64,000 bases of DNA. Source: Tetramitus jugosus. Taxonomy: Eukaryota > Protista > Heterolobosea. Under the pieces are notes generated by a model. That model worked only from the letters and a program-made list of their open reading frames with translations. It was not told the origin of the DNA and searched no databases. The position numbers and the translations under genes were made by a program. Numbering within the stretch: position 1 is the first letter of the stretch; each line of letters begins with the position of its first letter. The stretch covers positions 186,001 through 250,000 of the forward strand of contig OW569377.1 of assembly GCA_937625935.1 (NCBI GenBank), given 5' to 3'. Below, in pieces: positions 22,486-35,576 of this stretch.

Positions 22486-23483
22486 ATGAACCGTTATCCA
22501 CTCAAAACATCTCTTTCTAAACCCGTGCTATCGAGAACAATGACAAATGTATCAATGACCAGCTCTTTATCTGATATATCTTCCATTCATGATGCCACTA
22601 AAGGTAACAAGAGTGCAATAGACCTCGAGCTGCAATCAGATAGATCAGGAATGGATCCGTACACTGACGAAGAACTAGATGAAGTAGTAATCCCCGATAA
22701 TCAGATGGAGGGAGAAGAAAACGATAAAAACAAATCTGGCGTTAGATGGTATCACAGACTCTTTAGATTAACTCCTCTTCGTTCAAATAGTGGTCTATCT
22801 CTGCAACGAATAGAGGAACTCAAGATGAAATCCATGTGTATGTGCATCATGTCTTTGATTTATTGTTCTTTCGAACATTCAATTTACACTTAATCTTGTG
22901 TGAATAGTTTTGGACTATGAGTTGAACAAGTTGTACATTCGCTTCTCACAGTACGCACAGTTGATCAACATTGACGGCAGAGAAGAGTTAACGATTCGAA
23001 AGGAGGAACTACTACAATTTCCGCAACTTGCTTACAATCCACTCAAGGAAAGAATTGTTCAAGTACTTCAACTGAATGAAATTATAACATTCGATGAGCT
23101 TGTGGATGCCCTGCAGAAATTCTCAGTCAACTATCCCAAGGCGGGCAAAATCAAACGTATGTACCTTAACAGTCTCATTGTTAAACAAATCATGAGTCAC
23201 GAACACACATAACAACTGTATATCTACAGTTGCATTTGAGATTTATGACTTTGATGGAGATCAGTTAATATCTAGAAGAGATATGGCCCAATTCTTGGCA
23301 ACCATCTTAAACTCTGCTGTGTGTGAAGCTCAAGAGTTGAGTGACCATGATCTAGATGTCATTCTGGACCAAACATTTATGGAGATGGGAACAAACAAAG
23401 ATGGATACATTACTCTTGAACAATTCAAGAGAATTGTAGAGTATCAGAATGACATTGTCCAAAAGTTCTCTCTCGATTTTTAG
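22486..23483 (+). CDS. Calcineurin B/CIB-like EF-hand protein; introns 22838-22907 and 23157-23229
   Basis: PQLAYNPLKERI; EF-hand AFEIYDFDGDQLIS; second EF-hand-like DGYITLEQF; introns splice in frame. Confidence 0.82.
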
Positions 23484-23642
23484 CGACTGGCAGATATTTT
23501 TGTCAGAGCCAAAGTGGAACTTGTGAAAGAGAATCCAAGTAGGAGAATATGTCGGCAATTACAAGCGCGACACTGAAAAAATCACACAACGACAAAAACA
23601 CTCAAACTCAAATCATCTCTCAAATTTGAATAAAAAAACAGG

Positions 23643-24139
23643 ATGGCACAAAGAAAGTTAAAGACTGGACAAGAGGCCCTATTGGCCATTATTGGTGACG
23701 AAGACACTGTCACTGGCTTTTTGTTGGCTGGAATTGGTGATATTGACCAGAAGCAAAGTGCCAATTTTTTGATTGTTGATAAGAATACGACTCATGCGAC
23801 TGTGGAAGATGCATTTAAGCGATTTACATCGAGACAAGATATTGCTATTCTATTGATTGCTCAGAATGTGTGTACACACCAATGTATTTACTGTTGTTTG
23901 ATTTTTCTCGGCTTGTGGTTTTTTTTGGCTCTGATGAGATATTTTGCTAACAACTCACATGTGAAAAACAATTCACAATCCACAATCGAATGTGATAGGT
24001 GGCTGAGACTATTCGATACCTGTTGGATGCTTATGATCAAATCGTTCCTGCCATCTTGGAAATACCAAGCAAAGAAACACCTTACGATCCAAATAAGGAC
24101 TATATTATGTCTCGTGTCAAGCAACTCTTCAACGAATAA
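23643..24139 (+). CDS. ATP6V1F: V-type ATPase subunit F; intron 23868-23998
   Basis: AIIGDEDTVTGFLLAGIG, RQDIAILLIAQ; spliced C-terminus PAILEIPSKETPYDPNKDYI. Confidence 0.95.
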
Positions 24140-24321
24140 ATGTATCTTTCTTCTTTTCTCCGTTGTGGATAACCGTTTTTTTTTCAATTGAGCCCTACTT
24201 TCAAATCCAGTTTTTGATCGAACTCTGGCCTGATCGTTAACCAAAGACGAAGTGGAATTGAATCAACCTTGTCGTCAAACACAGAAAAAACAACACAAAG
24301 AAGATAGAGAAAGTTCACAAG

Positions 24322-25905
24322 ATGGCAGCAGCGAAAAGGGTTGTAGCACGCAAGAGTCCCATGTCCAGAGCATATCCACTCAGCAGTCAACAAGATGACA
24401 ACAACAGTAGTGATGATGAAGAAGATCGTGAGTTTCGATTGGAGAGTTCAGACGAGGAGGAAGAAGAAGAACAAGTAGATCAACGACGACGCAATGGAAG
24501 ATCATCGCCACTTGATCTCAATGCTCGCCTCAAAAGCACAGATCATATCAATACTACTACTACGAACAGTGAAGACGAAGACGAACATGATGATGATGAA
24601 CAACAACAAGAAACGAATATTCAAGATAATTTATATATGAACGGTGAGAATGAGCAAGAGGACGAAAATGGAGAAGACGACGAACATGATGACAAAACAA
24701 CTACAACAACAGCAGAATATGCATCGAATGAACAATCCATTTTGATTGATTCTGAGATTGTAAATCTCGCACCCATTCAACAATTGTTTCACTTGTTTCC
24801 CATGGAAGCGATTCAAACATTGTTGAAACACATGGGCAGTGATGAGAGTGATATCGATGGTGTCAATAGTGACACGAATGAATATCTTGAATCCTTTTTA
24901 GAGTCACCAACAAGTGAATTGAATATCAGTACAATGGTCGATAGTCATAAAACAATGTTGATGAATCGATTGGAAGTGCTGTGTTTCATGAGAGGTATCA
25001 ACTGTTGGAGACATTTGCTATTTTTGAACAAGACCAATGTTCGGTGCTTGTTTTATGATATGAAGCAGTACAGTAGAATGCCATCGTCTATTCACTCTCC
25101 ATTTGTCAATCTGTATGAAATGTATGCTTTGGATCTTGATGAAGCGAGTAGTGGCAGTGGTGATGGGATGGATAGACAGGATCCATGGGCATTTGCTCTC
25201 CAGAGATTGATGCTTGATCATTATAGAATTGGTGATTTGGATCAGTTGTTGTGCGAGTGCTGTTCGATTGATTCTCTGCGGCACTTGTTACACTCTTTTA
25301 ATCTGAGTTGGATGAGGCAGCATTCGATTGTAGATAGTGATTCTGAGGATGATGTGAATATGAGTGATCATCAGATCAAAACACAATTGATTGCACTATT
25401 GCTGCTATATGTACTAGTGATTGGATTGAAGGACATTTTGTCTCAAATGTCCGTTGTGTTCCTGTTGGAGCTCAATCAATTCTGCCAGTTGCACACATCC
25501 AAGGCTGACAAGAAGGAGCAGTTGGTCAATCAATTATTGTACATGGCATTCCCAAATATTGATCCCAGACCATCAATCGATGATACTGTGACTGTATATG
25601 ATTTGATGGCGTCATACAAGATGCCAGAGTTGGTTAAATTGTGTGATACAAGAGGTTTGGCAGTCAATGGAACAAAGATTGAACTTGCTGAGAGATTGTA
25701 TGCCTATTGTCATCATTTGCCTCTGCCAGGGAAGAAAAAGCTGAAAAAGAAGACCACTCCCAAGAAGAAGAGCAAATCTCCTTCTAGAAAGAGAAAGGCA
25801 CAGCAAGAGAGCGAGGAAGATGAACCAAAACCCAGAGTCAGACGTCGCAGACAATCCAAAAGGAGGAGGTCTTCTGTCTCAAGCACCACGAGCAGTGACG
25901 AATAA
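24322..25905 (+). CDS. Nuclear protein with acidic N-terminus, SAP-like motif and basic tail
   Basis: 527-aa ORF. YKMPELVKLCDTRGLAVNGTKIELAERL fits a SAP domain. K/R-rich NLS-like tail. Confidence 0.7.
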   Translation: MAAAKRVVARKSPMSRAYPLSSQQDDNNSSDDEEDREFRLESSDEEEEEEQVDQRRRNGRSSPLDLNARLKSTDHINTTTTNSEDEDEHDDDEQQQETNIQDNLYMNGENEQEDENGEDDEHDDKTTTTTAEYASNEQSILIDSEIVNLAPIQQLFHLFPMEAIQTLLKHMGSDESDIDGVNSDTNEYLESFLESPTSELNISTMVDSHKTMLMNRLEVLCFMRGINCWRHLLFLNKTNVRCLFYDMKQYSRMPSSIHSPFVNLYEMYALDLDEASSGSGDGMDRQDPWAFALQRLMLDHYRIGDLDQLLCECCSIDSLRHLLHSFNLSWMRQHSIVDSDSEDDVNMSDHQIKTQLIALLLLYVLVIGLKDILSQMSVVFLLELNQFCQLHTSKADKKEQLVNQLLYMAFPNIDPRPSIDDTVTVYDLMASYKMPELVKLCDTRGLAVNGTKIELAERLYAYCHHLPLPGKKKLKKKTTPKKKSKSPSRKRKAQQESEEDEPKPRVRRRRQSKRRRSSVSSTTSSDE

Positions 25906-26030
25906 AATCACTTGACATCGAATCCAATTTTCGTAGTTCCAGCGTTTGCTGGTACTTTCTGTCTGAATGATCCGCTAAACATCAAACACCCGAAAAAACA
26001 GCAACACGACCAACGTTTGACATCAAGAAA

Positions 26031-26822
26031 ATGAAACGAAATCTCCACTCTGTGTACAATGACAAGAACAACAGCAACAACAACCATCGTGACGCAGATG
26101 ACGAATACATTTCATCCAACCTATCTCTCAACTTTATCCACCAAACCCAATTTCATCACAATAACAATAATAGTGTGCTGCTGCTCTCAACATCATCCAA
26201 ACGAATGAAATACACATCGAACACTCTCAACTTTAATAACAATAATCACTCGTATGGAATACACAATAACATGAATAATCATCAGAGTATAATGATGATG
26301 GTGATGAGTGATGATGATACCATACAAAACAATGATGATGAACACTATCCATCATCATCATCATCACAACGGTCACTCCTCTCTTCCTCTCCATCATCAT
26401 TGTCATCTTCTCATTGGAAACTCTATTGTCGTAGCATGAAGAAGAAAATGTTGCATGTGAACACCAATACCAATAACAACAACAACAACAACAACAATAT
26501 GAATGACAATACAAAAACAGCACTTGCATCGTTACCACCCAAATCACCCTATCCCTTCCACTCCAATCATCACTATCAATACATCAATCATCACCATTAT
26601 CCAACCAACCGTAGTATGAATCATCAAACGTCGACAACAAATGGTGATGAGACAAAGAATCATCATAATCGTATGGGAACGAGGCATGATGGTGGTTGGA
26701 TGATACCACAAGGAGATGAATTGTTACTCACTCCAGTAACAACAACAACAACAACAAAACCAACCACGACGAATCAAAACATGTCCTCATCATCTACAAC
26801 AATGGATATCGATGACATGTAG
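26031..26822 (+). CDS. Hypothetical low-complexity (N/S/T/H-rich) protein
   Basis: 263-aa ATG ORF; no recognisable domain. Confidence 0.45.
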   Translation: MKRNLHSVYNDKNNSNNNHRDADDEYISSNLSLNFIHQTQFHHNNNNSVLLLSTSSKRMKYTSNTLNFNNNNHSYGIHNNMNNHQSIMMMVMSDDDTIQNNDDEHYPSSSSSQRSLLSSSPSSLSSSHWKLYCRSMKKKMLHVNTNTNNNNNNNNNMNDNTKTALASLPPKSPYPFHSNHHYQYINHHHYPTNRSMNHQTSTTNGDETKNHHNRMGTRHDGGWMIPQGDELLLTPVTTTTTTKPTTTNQNMSSSSTTMDIDDM

Positions 26823-27047
26823 TATAACCCTCTCACATCCATAGGTGCTGATGATGATGATGTTCTCTCTAACAAGATGTAACAATTGATTGAATCTACT
26901 AACGCAATAAAGAAGCATGTTTGTGTGCGCATTCAATGTGTTGCATTTATTTGTTTGCGAGGAGGAAACATGCACATTTTTTTTGTTCACACTATCAAAC
27001 ATCCAACAAGCAAACGAGAGAGAACAACTTGACAAGTTTTGATCATC

Positions 27048-27391
27048 ATGGGACCATCAAGAAAGCGATCGAGAGACGATGTCATTGACTTGGATCTGAA
27101 TCATCGCAACAGTGATGATGACGACAATGATGACGATATGATTCAATTTACAATTAGTGACAATGATGATGATGACGACGACGACTACAATGATGATCAT
27201 ACGATTCATGATGACCAAAGAATGACCAAAACGAGAAGAATATCCATCAACAATCACAACTCTACTACTACCCATGCTGTGAGTGGATGCATCCATACCC
27301 ACAACAACAATCACATTGTTCGGACACTGGAAAAAAAACAACATGAAGAAGAAGAAGATAATGTCGATGATTTCATGAATCCGTTTGAGAG

Positions 27392-27423
<32 letters not shown>

Positions 27424-27760
27424 CTAATCTATTCACAAAGAGTCGTAATACGACGAGTACTACTCCGACAATAATAATGAATCAACAAAAGAAGAACCAT
27501 CATACGACTGCTGCAGATCACAACAATCATGTCACATCGAACAATCATCATCATCATCAGATGATGAATGGAAATGGTTCCAGTGCTCTTCCACTGACCA
27601 ATCGCCCAACAATGAAACAATCTACTCTTACTTTTAAACCCAGCAATACTAAGACTCATACGAATACGAACAACACCAATAATAATACGAATACTCATCA
27701 TACTAATAACATCAACATCAGTATATCATCAACCAATTCAACAACCAGCAATCATACTCC

Positions 27761-27805
<45 letters not shown>

Positions 27806-30641
27806 CACTTCTTCCAAAAAGAAAAGAAAAAAGACGAAAACACAATCACCCACACACTCTTCTCCTCCTCTAGTAACAACAACAACCACAACAACAACAA
27901 TATCCAATGGCAACACGACTCTAACTCCAAAGACAAAGAAAATCATTCGGTACATACTATCCATGCTCTATGATCAAGTCACGCATCATCGAACCGATCT
28001 CATTGTCATGCTTCAATTGATTCGATACATGATGCCAACAACGACATCCACTCATCATTCAAAGAATAACAACTCTGGTTACTCGTTTCGCACCATTTAT
28101 CAAAAATTCTTTCGTCCGTACATGCATCTGTGCACCTACTTTTCCCATGTGGAGCAAGTGACCGAATGGCTCATACAGTGGAAATTTCATTTCATTCATC
28201 CATTACAACAGCAGCATCAGCAGCAATTGTCTTCTTATGCGCTGAATCATGATTCAAAGAAGCAAAAACAGAATAAGAAGAAGAATAACAACAACAATAA
28301 GACCAAGGGGAAAAAGTCAATAACGACGAACAACAACAACAAGAAGAAGAAGAAGCAGCAGCAGAAAAGGAATGACTCTGGTGGACATGATTCGTATCAC
28401 TCGGATGAACACTTGTTTGTGTTTGCGAGTGAACGACAGACAGAACAAGAAGAGCACCACCATACGACTCTGGAAGCATCACACAAGAACAATGAAGAAC
28501 AGGACTCTCATTGCGGCACAACCAATGATGTGACTTCTCATGGCGAATATTATATGGAGTGCCGATTACGATTTCCCTCCTTCTTTTATAGCAGCAGTGA
28601 CAATAGAAGTAAGAAAAATCAGAGTGATAGTGATAGTGATAGTGATGAACCGAATAGTACGACCAAGCAGCGTGAACAACAATATCAATATCAATATATA
28701 CAGGAAAAGTTGAACGCAATGCTGCAATATGCTCTTCACAAGGTGTTTATTGAGTCACCAACGAAAGAGTATCCACATTTTAGCTCGTTATGCACCGGCC
28801 CATTCTATCAATACCCTGAATCACTGGAAGAAAAGTTGTTGAATGAAATGTATAGTGATATGGGTGGTTGGGATCAAGTGAACAATTTTCAAAAGGGTAC
28901 GTATCCGATAGAGGCCGTATTGGATGATGTGAACTCTGTGGTGTATCTCGGTAGTCTCTCTAGGGGTGCAAACGATGCTGCACCAGACACTGATCATCAC
29001 AACGCATCAATTGGAGCCAAAAACCATACGAATACCAATACGTCTCAATGGAAAAAGTACGGTGTAGTGACTGCATATTTCTGTTGTGAGCCAGTGATGG
29101 TTGATTTTGATCGAATCGTATTTCCCTATCACAAGATTGATCAAATCGAACCAGATTACTATGTTGTGTATTGGAAGAATCGAGAGATTACGTTTGAAAT
29201 GGATATGAATTCGGATTATTTGTCATCGATCAAGTCAGGTGGTGAAGGCGAGAGTGGCAATGACGAAGAAGATCATGCATTCCAAGCGCACATTGAAAGC
29301 ATAAGGATCGGATGCTCGGACGAAGAGAGACAAGTGTTGAATCTCGTGTTGCAATACATGGACGACACGCACATGAAAGTGTTTTATCGCCTGCCAAAGA
29401 GCTCTCAACTGTTTCAGCGAGAAAAGGACATTATTAAGCAATTCTTGCATCAGTTCAAGAGCAAGGTCAACATTCATTACATTATCTATGTGTTATCATT
29501 ACTATTTGGTCGTCTGCCTGATGTTTTGGAGAATTATTTGATTGAGATTGACGAGTACGAAACCTATTCTACGACAGTCGTGTACTTGAACCTTGATGAA
29601 GAAATTGATGAGAATCAATTGGAGGATATTCATAATGATCTCAAGAGTCAACTTGATACGATCAAGGACAAACTGTGCAGTCATTATGGCTGTGGCAGAA
29701 GAGAAGTCAACAAGGAGAAGCGAAAGTTGTTTGATGACCGATTGCAACAATGGAGAGACATTAAAAAACAGTTGTATGAAGTAGCGACCTCTCATGTCAA
29801 CACTGTGATCAATGGAGAGCACAAACTAACAACACTAACGGATGGTCAACAATTCTATTACAGATATGATGACATATCAAGAGGCATTGCCAAGTATCCT
29901 GTTGCTGCAGTCAATCACTTGGATTGCTCCGTGTTCGACTCTCACTTCTTCATGTCCGAAATGAAGATACATGAGGAAGTGAAAGCAGAAATCCAAGAAC
30001 TGTACAAAGAGGAACGGCACAGCTGTAATTGCACTGATGATTGCTCCAATTGTCCGTGCAGAATGAGAGGAGAGTTTGGTCAGCTATTTGATAAGAACAA
30101 TAGACTGCGACAGATCCCTCAAGGTCGCATTTCACTATACGAATGCAACAGTTCCTGCGGCTGCTCCAAGAAATGCAAGAATCGGCTCATTCAACGAGGA
30201 TTACAAAAGCGCCTCGAACTGTACCGAACAGAGAATAGAGGTTGGGGTGTGCGAACCTTGGAGTTTATCGCAGCAGGCGAGTTTGTAGATGAATACGTCG
30301 GAGAGATTATATCCGATCGTGAGGCTGAGAACAGAGGAGCAAAGTATGACATGGTGCTCGGATGCTCCTACTTGTTTGACCTCGGCAAATCTAATACCTA
30401 CTCGATTGACGCACTGCACTACTGCAACACGTCACGTTGGTTCAATCATTCGTGTAGCCCCAATTTGGTCTCCGTAGATGTGTATGCCGAGGTGCAAAAT
30501 GAATGTTTGCCAAGAGTAGCATTCTTTGCAAAAAAAGACATTCAAGTCAACCAAGAGTTGACCTTTGATTATGGTTATACAATTCAAAATAGGATGAAAT
30601 GCCGTTGTGGTAGCCCAGCCTGTATCGGATGGCTCATGTAG
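27048..30641 (+). CDS. SUV39/G9a-type histone H3K9 methyltransferase (pre-SET, SET, post-SET) with a long low-complexity N-terminus
   Basis: DDISRG, pre-SET Cys cluster, YECNSSCGC..CKNR..QRG, RGWGVR, FNHSCSPN, ELTFDYG and CRCGSPACIGWL. Confidence 0.9.
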
Positions 30642-31615
30642 CGCGCTAACGCTGATGCATTGATTCCCACTGGCGCACAATTTGACGTTTTGTTCCTCCT
30701 CACACGACCAAGATTTTTTTGAGCGCTTGTCGGCAAACTCGCCTAAACAAGGGGGCGGATACATTGCCCAAACAAGACGAGAATGTTTGCTTGGACCTTT
30801 CCCAATAAAGACGAAATGATCATTTTCGTCAAGCACACATGGAAAGCAAAGCGCAAGAGCTCAAGACAACTTGACACCACTCCTCAAACTCTCCATTTTA
30901 ATACACACTCCTCCGTGCCAGTCGTCTCAACCATTTTTCACACACAACAAAATCAAATCAATCATAACTCTCCTCACACATAAATAACATAAGAATAACT
31001 CAATGTAACAGAAGGCATCAATATTGCAAAATGCACCAAGAGTCACATTTCTACACCAATAACAATCATCATAACAACACTTAACTCCTTCACATACTAT
31101 GAGCTCCAACATTTTTTCTTCTTGATTCAATTTTTGTATCACTTTTTACTCACACCTCCTGACAACACACCAACATTGTATGAATAGTAGCAGGTAGTCG
31201 ACGTTTCTGGATGCTCAACTTGAGAACAAAGAACTCATAAAAACACACTCTAGAGAATCAAGACAACAACAAGAGAAATCAACAAAGTGGATGGAAAGAA
31301 AGACATGATGGAGATTAGATGAGATGATGAGAAAATGGTACGCAATTGCAATGTGGCTGGTTGTGAGAGGACAACGTTTTTTGACATGAGGGGAAACAAG
31401 ATGAAGTGATGTCACCCTGTCTACCGCAGCAGTCCTGACACAATTGATCACACTGAAATTCCGTGCCTTTTTCCATCATCTCTTCTCTCTTGGCTGCTCT
31501 CTCTGTTCCTTCTCAACTTGTTGTTCTTTCTCACGGAGGTGTCCTTTTTTTGCTGCAAAAATAAACAAAGTCCCGCTTCTCAAAGAACAAAACAACGACT
31601 TCCTTGTCCTCAAGT

Positions 31616-32908
31616 ATGCATATTGTAATTATTGGCGCAGGTTTAGCTGGTCTTGCATTGTCTGTTGCTCTCCAACAACAATTCTCAACGATCCTTGGTT
31701 GGACGAACAACAACAATAATCATGAGCAAGAATCATCCACCATCACTGGTGAAATGATCACATTCACAGTCTATGAGAGAGATGAAGATATTGACTGCAG
31801 ACCACAGGGCTATTCTCTGACTCTGCAGCGCAATGGAATGCAAATACTGGGTCAGTTGGGTCTCAGGAATCAAATTCAACAATTGGAGTGTCGTTGTGGC
31901 TCCAACTACACCTATTCTTCCAATGGTACTGCTCTCGTGTGCTTCGATCCCAAGTTGGGCAACAAGAAATCAAAGAATATTCCCATTCCTCGTCAACACT
32001 TGCGTAAGATGCTGTATCAGTTGTTGGATGACAGAGAGCAGCGAGTAGTGTGGAACAAGGAGTTTAAGAGCTATGAGGAGAGTGGGGACAAGGTCATTGT
32101 TCATTTTTCGGACGGAGATTTGGCAGAGGCTGATCTGGTGGTAGGGTGTGACGGTATACGATCACAGGTACGTTCCCAGAAACTACCCCAGACCTCCTTG
32201 AATTATTTGGGTGTGTGGGCAGTGAATGGCATTAGTACTTGGGGTACAGGCGATCAGAGCAAATATGTGGAGTCACCATTCAACGATCGAGTGTTTCAAA
32301 CAATCGATGGGCGCTCAAGGGTGTTTGTCAAACCGTATTTACCAGGTGAATCCATGTGGCAAATCACCTTTCCACTGGAAGTCAATGAAATTCCTGCCAC
32401 GTTTCAATTACCAAGGGAAGAGGTGCTAAAAATTGTGAGAGATCATTTGTCTAGCTGGGAGCATGATATGGTCACAGATTTGATGGATGCAACACCGTTA
32501 GATAGATTGAGGAGCGCTCCTCTGTATGATATTGATCCTTTGGCACATTGGACGACAAGCAGAGTGACACTCATTGGTGATAGCTGTCATCCAATGTCTC
32601 CGTTCAAAGGACAAGGAGCAAACAATGCACTTGTCGATGTAATGTCCCTCGTTAAGTCCTTGAAGGGTTATTTTGACACACAAGCAGAGCAGAAGGACAA
32701 AGAAGAGCAACAGAACTTGTTGTTTCAAGAATTAGGCAAGTTCGAAGATGAAATGAGGCATCGGACCAGAGGTGTCGTATTGGCGAGCAGAAGAGCTGTT
32801 CAGTTCTACCACAGTGACCAATGCATGAACTATGGGAAGCTATGCAGATTCCTAGGTGTTACTGAAAGTGATGCAGTACCCAAACCAGTTCAAGAACAAC
32901 AACAATAA
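31616..32908 (+). CDS. FAD-dependent monooxygenase (UbiH/zeaxanthin-epoxidase-like)
   Basis: IIGAGLAGL, DLVVGCDGIRSQVR and LIGDSCHPMSPFKGQGAN. Confidence 0.9.
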   Translation: MHIVIIGAGLAGLALSVALQQQFSTILGWTNNNNNHEQESSTITGEMITFTVYERDEDIDCRPQGYSLTLQRNGMQILGQLGLRNQIQQLECRCGSNYTYSSNGTALVCFDPKLGNKKSKNIPIPRQHLRKMLYQLLDDREQRVVWNKEFKSYEESGDKVIVHFSDGDLAEADLVVGCDGIRSQVRSQKLPQTSLNYLGVWAVNGISTWGTGDQSKYVESPFNDRVFQTIDGRSRVFVKPYLPGESMWQITFPLEVNEIPATFQLPREEVLKIVRDHLSSWEHDMVTDLMDATPLDRLRSAPLYDIDPLAHWTTSRVTLIGDSCHPMSPFKGQGANNALVDVMSLVKSLKGYFDTQAEQKDKEEQQNLLFQELGKFEDEMRHRTRGVVLASRRAVQFYHSDQCMNYGKLCRFLGVTESDAVPKPVQEQQQ

Positions 32909-33302
32909 TAGCGACAACGACAGCACATCAGAGAATAAACTTATTTTGATTCCGTAATCCTTTCCAGTGACACGTTCAAGATTTGGGCGCGAAATTTACT
33001 TGCGAACACCAACAGCTAAAAAGTTGGACTGAACACGCGCCAAGAGTGGTTCATCGTGTCCAACACATAACACATTCCCAATTTGCCCGTTCAGAAGAAG
33101 TAATTTTTGTGTGAAACAACAACAACCAAACGATCATCGAAGACACAAATCAACAACCTCTTCCTCATCATCAATCTTCATCTTTTTCATCATCATCAAC
33201 AAGTTAGAGACAGCTGAGAGAGGATTGATAGAGATTTTTTGCGAAAATCAACAGAAGAACCATTGAACACAACAAACACACAACAACATCAACACCAACG
33301 AT

Positions 33303-34329
33303 ATGAACAACAGTGATACATCAGAAATACCAGTAGCGATCGTACTGCTCGGCTACTTTGCTACTATATGCTTCTCTATTCAGTACATACCACAAACATA
33401 CTTGAACTACAAGAGGAAGAGCGTAGAAGGATTCAATGCCACAAGTATCCTCATCAAATTATTTGGAGCGTCTTATTTTACAGTGAACAGTTATTTGATT
33501 GGAGAGGAGACATCTGTTGTCTTGTATGGTGCATTCAACGTTGCTCAACACGTTCTCTTCATGATTCAATTCGCGCGATACACAAAGAGACGCATCTTTT
33601 ATTTTTATGCATTGTTTCCAATTGTGCCTTATTTGATGGGATTTTTGTATCCGCAAACCATTCGTATGTTGTTCTTTTTACTGTTTTTGTGATTGCAATG
33701 AGCTTTTTGTTGTGTTTTTTGTTTTGTTGTTTGATTGTATTGTGTGTGCGTGTGTTTCCATGGGAGTGTGCACTAACGTGTCATCTTGTTGTGTGTGTGT
33801 GTTGTCTTATCATGTTGTTGATTTTGATCGAAATCATGTGATGAATGAAACATTGAATCAACAACACATGGGAATGATGAACGATTTGCTCCATATATGT
33901 TCCTGGATAACAGCCATTACGATTACCATTAAGCCCATTACTCAAATTCTGAGTCATTTGCCTCAATTGTATGAAACGTACATGAGAAGAAGCTCTGAAG
34001 GTGTTTCTCTCGTGACACAGCACTTGAATCTATTGGGTGGTCTCTCTGGTGTGTTCATGTACAGTGTCATCCCACCAAAGAGCTTTTATACATACATGGT
34101 GTACTTCACTAGTTTATTGCAAGCAGTTTCCCTGTATGCTCTTGCAGTTTATTTCGATGGATGGGAAAGATTGATCAACAGCGTTCCCCTGTTGAACAAG
34201 GTGATATCAGTGCCTCAGCCATTGTTGCCAACAATGAAGCCTCCAAGAGCTGATTCGCCTGCTAGAGAAATTAGCGCACTTGTCGAGCTGGAAGAACAAA
34301 AATCTTCCGTAAAGACACATGATATCTAA
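33303..34329 (+). CDS. PQ-loop membrane transporter; intron 33664-33913
   Basis: IQYIPQTYLNYKRKSVEG and HLPQLYETYMRRSSEGVS motifs; in-frame GTATGT..CAG intron. Confidence 0.87.
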
Positions 34330-34479
34330 GTCATACTCACACTATAACTCCACATAAATGTTTTATCGCAGTTCATATGTCACTAAAAGATACTTCCCAT
34401 GTGTTGGTTTCTTTGGCTTCTAGTTCAGCTGAACTTTGTGGCGTCAAGATATGTTAACAGTTGAATATCTGCAAAGGAC

Positions 34480-34963
34480 CAGAGACTTCTTGTTGCTCTT
34501 TAGACGTACTCCTTTCCTTTGTCCTTCACAACAGCATTGATAAACCCCTTGTGCAGTGCCTTGATGCATGCAAGTCTTGTCCTTTGAACTTGTGAAGAGG
34601 CGACGCATCACCTCCGCACATCTCCTCTTAGTATTCTCTACGAACTGCTTAGCTTTCGTCTTGGGGATATCTTTCTTGGTTCCACTCTTTTTGAGCCATT
34701 TGGCAACTTGGTTCACTGCTTGCGTCTCCACACCTAACATACCTAACATGTCTTGTTTGCCAGTCATTCATTGTACGCCTACCTTTGTACCACTGTTGAT
34801 TATCAAACCAGATGTCGACACACTGTGACTTGTGCAGTCCCATTGAGCTCAGTTTCGCAGCAACCTCCTTTGCTAGCAAAATCCTAGCCATCCTTGGGAG
34901 CGAGTAGTTAAGAGACAATGGAGACCCATCTCTTGCTCAAAATTGCACTTAGGACATGTGCCA
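34480..34963 (-). mobile_element. Decayed 3' fragment C of the non-LTR retrotransposon ORF2 (frameshifted)
   Basis: CPKCNFEQEMGLHCLL, MGLHKSQCVDIWFDNQQW and GMLGVETQAVNQV..KAKQFVENTKRRC align with the 46477-47370 protein. The 3' boundary is approximate. Confidence 0.8.
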
Positions 34964-35360
34964 TTTATTTTACATACAACCATTTCGGTTGCTTTCTTTA
35001 TTGTCTGCTTATTCACAACATGCTGATCGAAGAACGTAGGCGCCGGTTAGTTACCAGTTGGCAGGCAATGACGCCCGAAGAGCGTCATTGCTGTTGATTA
35101 CTTCGTTGTAGTGAACAGGTGGTGGAGAGTATAACAGACATCTCCTATTGACACTGTTCACCAACGATTTGGCTTTCTTTTGAGCCACACACTTCACGGC
35201 CGGCTTCCTCACATTCCACCAGTAAGTGGTCGTCTCTGGCGCGCTCGCGCAGTGAGCACACATGACATCCATCGATGGCTAGTACAAGTCACGCAGCGCA
35301 GTCTTTGTGTGGAGGATAATACTTCTAACTTGGTGGTAGAACCACAATTCACTTCTTTCT
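34964..35360 (-). mobile_element. Decayed, internally deleted 3' fragment B of the same retrotransposon, with a recognisable 3' UTR
   Basis: WFYHQVRSIILHTK, CAHCASAPET and KKAKSLVNSVNRRC. Hairpin at 35065-35091. 3' end AATAAA..AGCAACCGAAATGGTTGTAT matches the 47472-47491 copy, followed by an eroded A tail. Confidence 0.85.
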
Positions 35361-35362
35361 AG

Positions 35363-35530
35363 GCCGAAAGGACAATGTTCATCAGCCTATCCAATTTAGC
35401 TTTCATCTCTTCTACGAGTTTCTTTCTGGCTATAATGGCAGCGTCACACTCCACCAACAGATGTAAAATGCTCTCCGGTGCAGCACCACAGTTTTAAAAC
35501 TTTTCATCTAAACCGGCATTGTCCAATTTC
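35363..35530 (-). mobile_element. Decayed fragment A of the same ORF2 (zinc-finger region), closest to tRNA-Leu
   Basis: *NCGAAPESILHLLVECDAAIIARKKLVEEMKAKLDRL aligns with RCLKEPETIQHCLIRCPRAIVRRRRLALSVGKDLDKL. Boundaries are approximate. Confidence 0.7.
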
Positions 35531-35576
35531 CTCATATCGCCCAAAATATTCTATTTTAGGCCTCTATCCAATATAT

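Noticed and set aside
31324-31439. Possible C/D snoRNA (ATGATGA...CTGA)
   Set aside because: ATGATGA is very common here, there is no terminal stem, and I could not recognise an rRNA-complementary guide.
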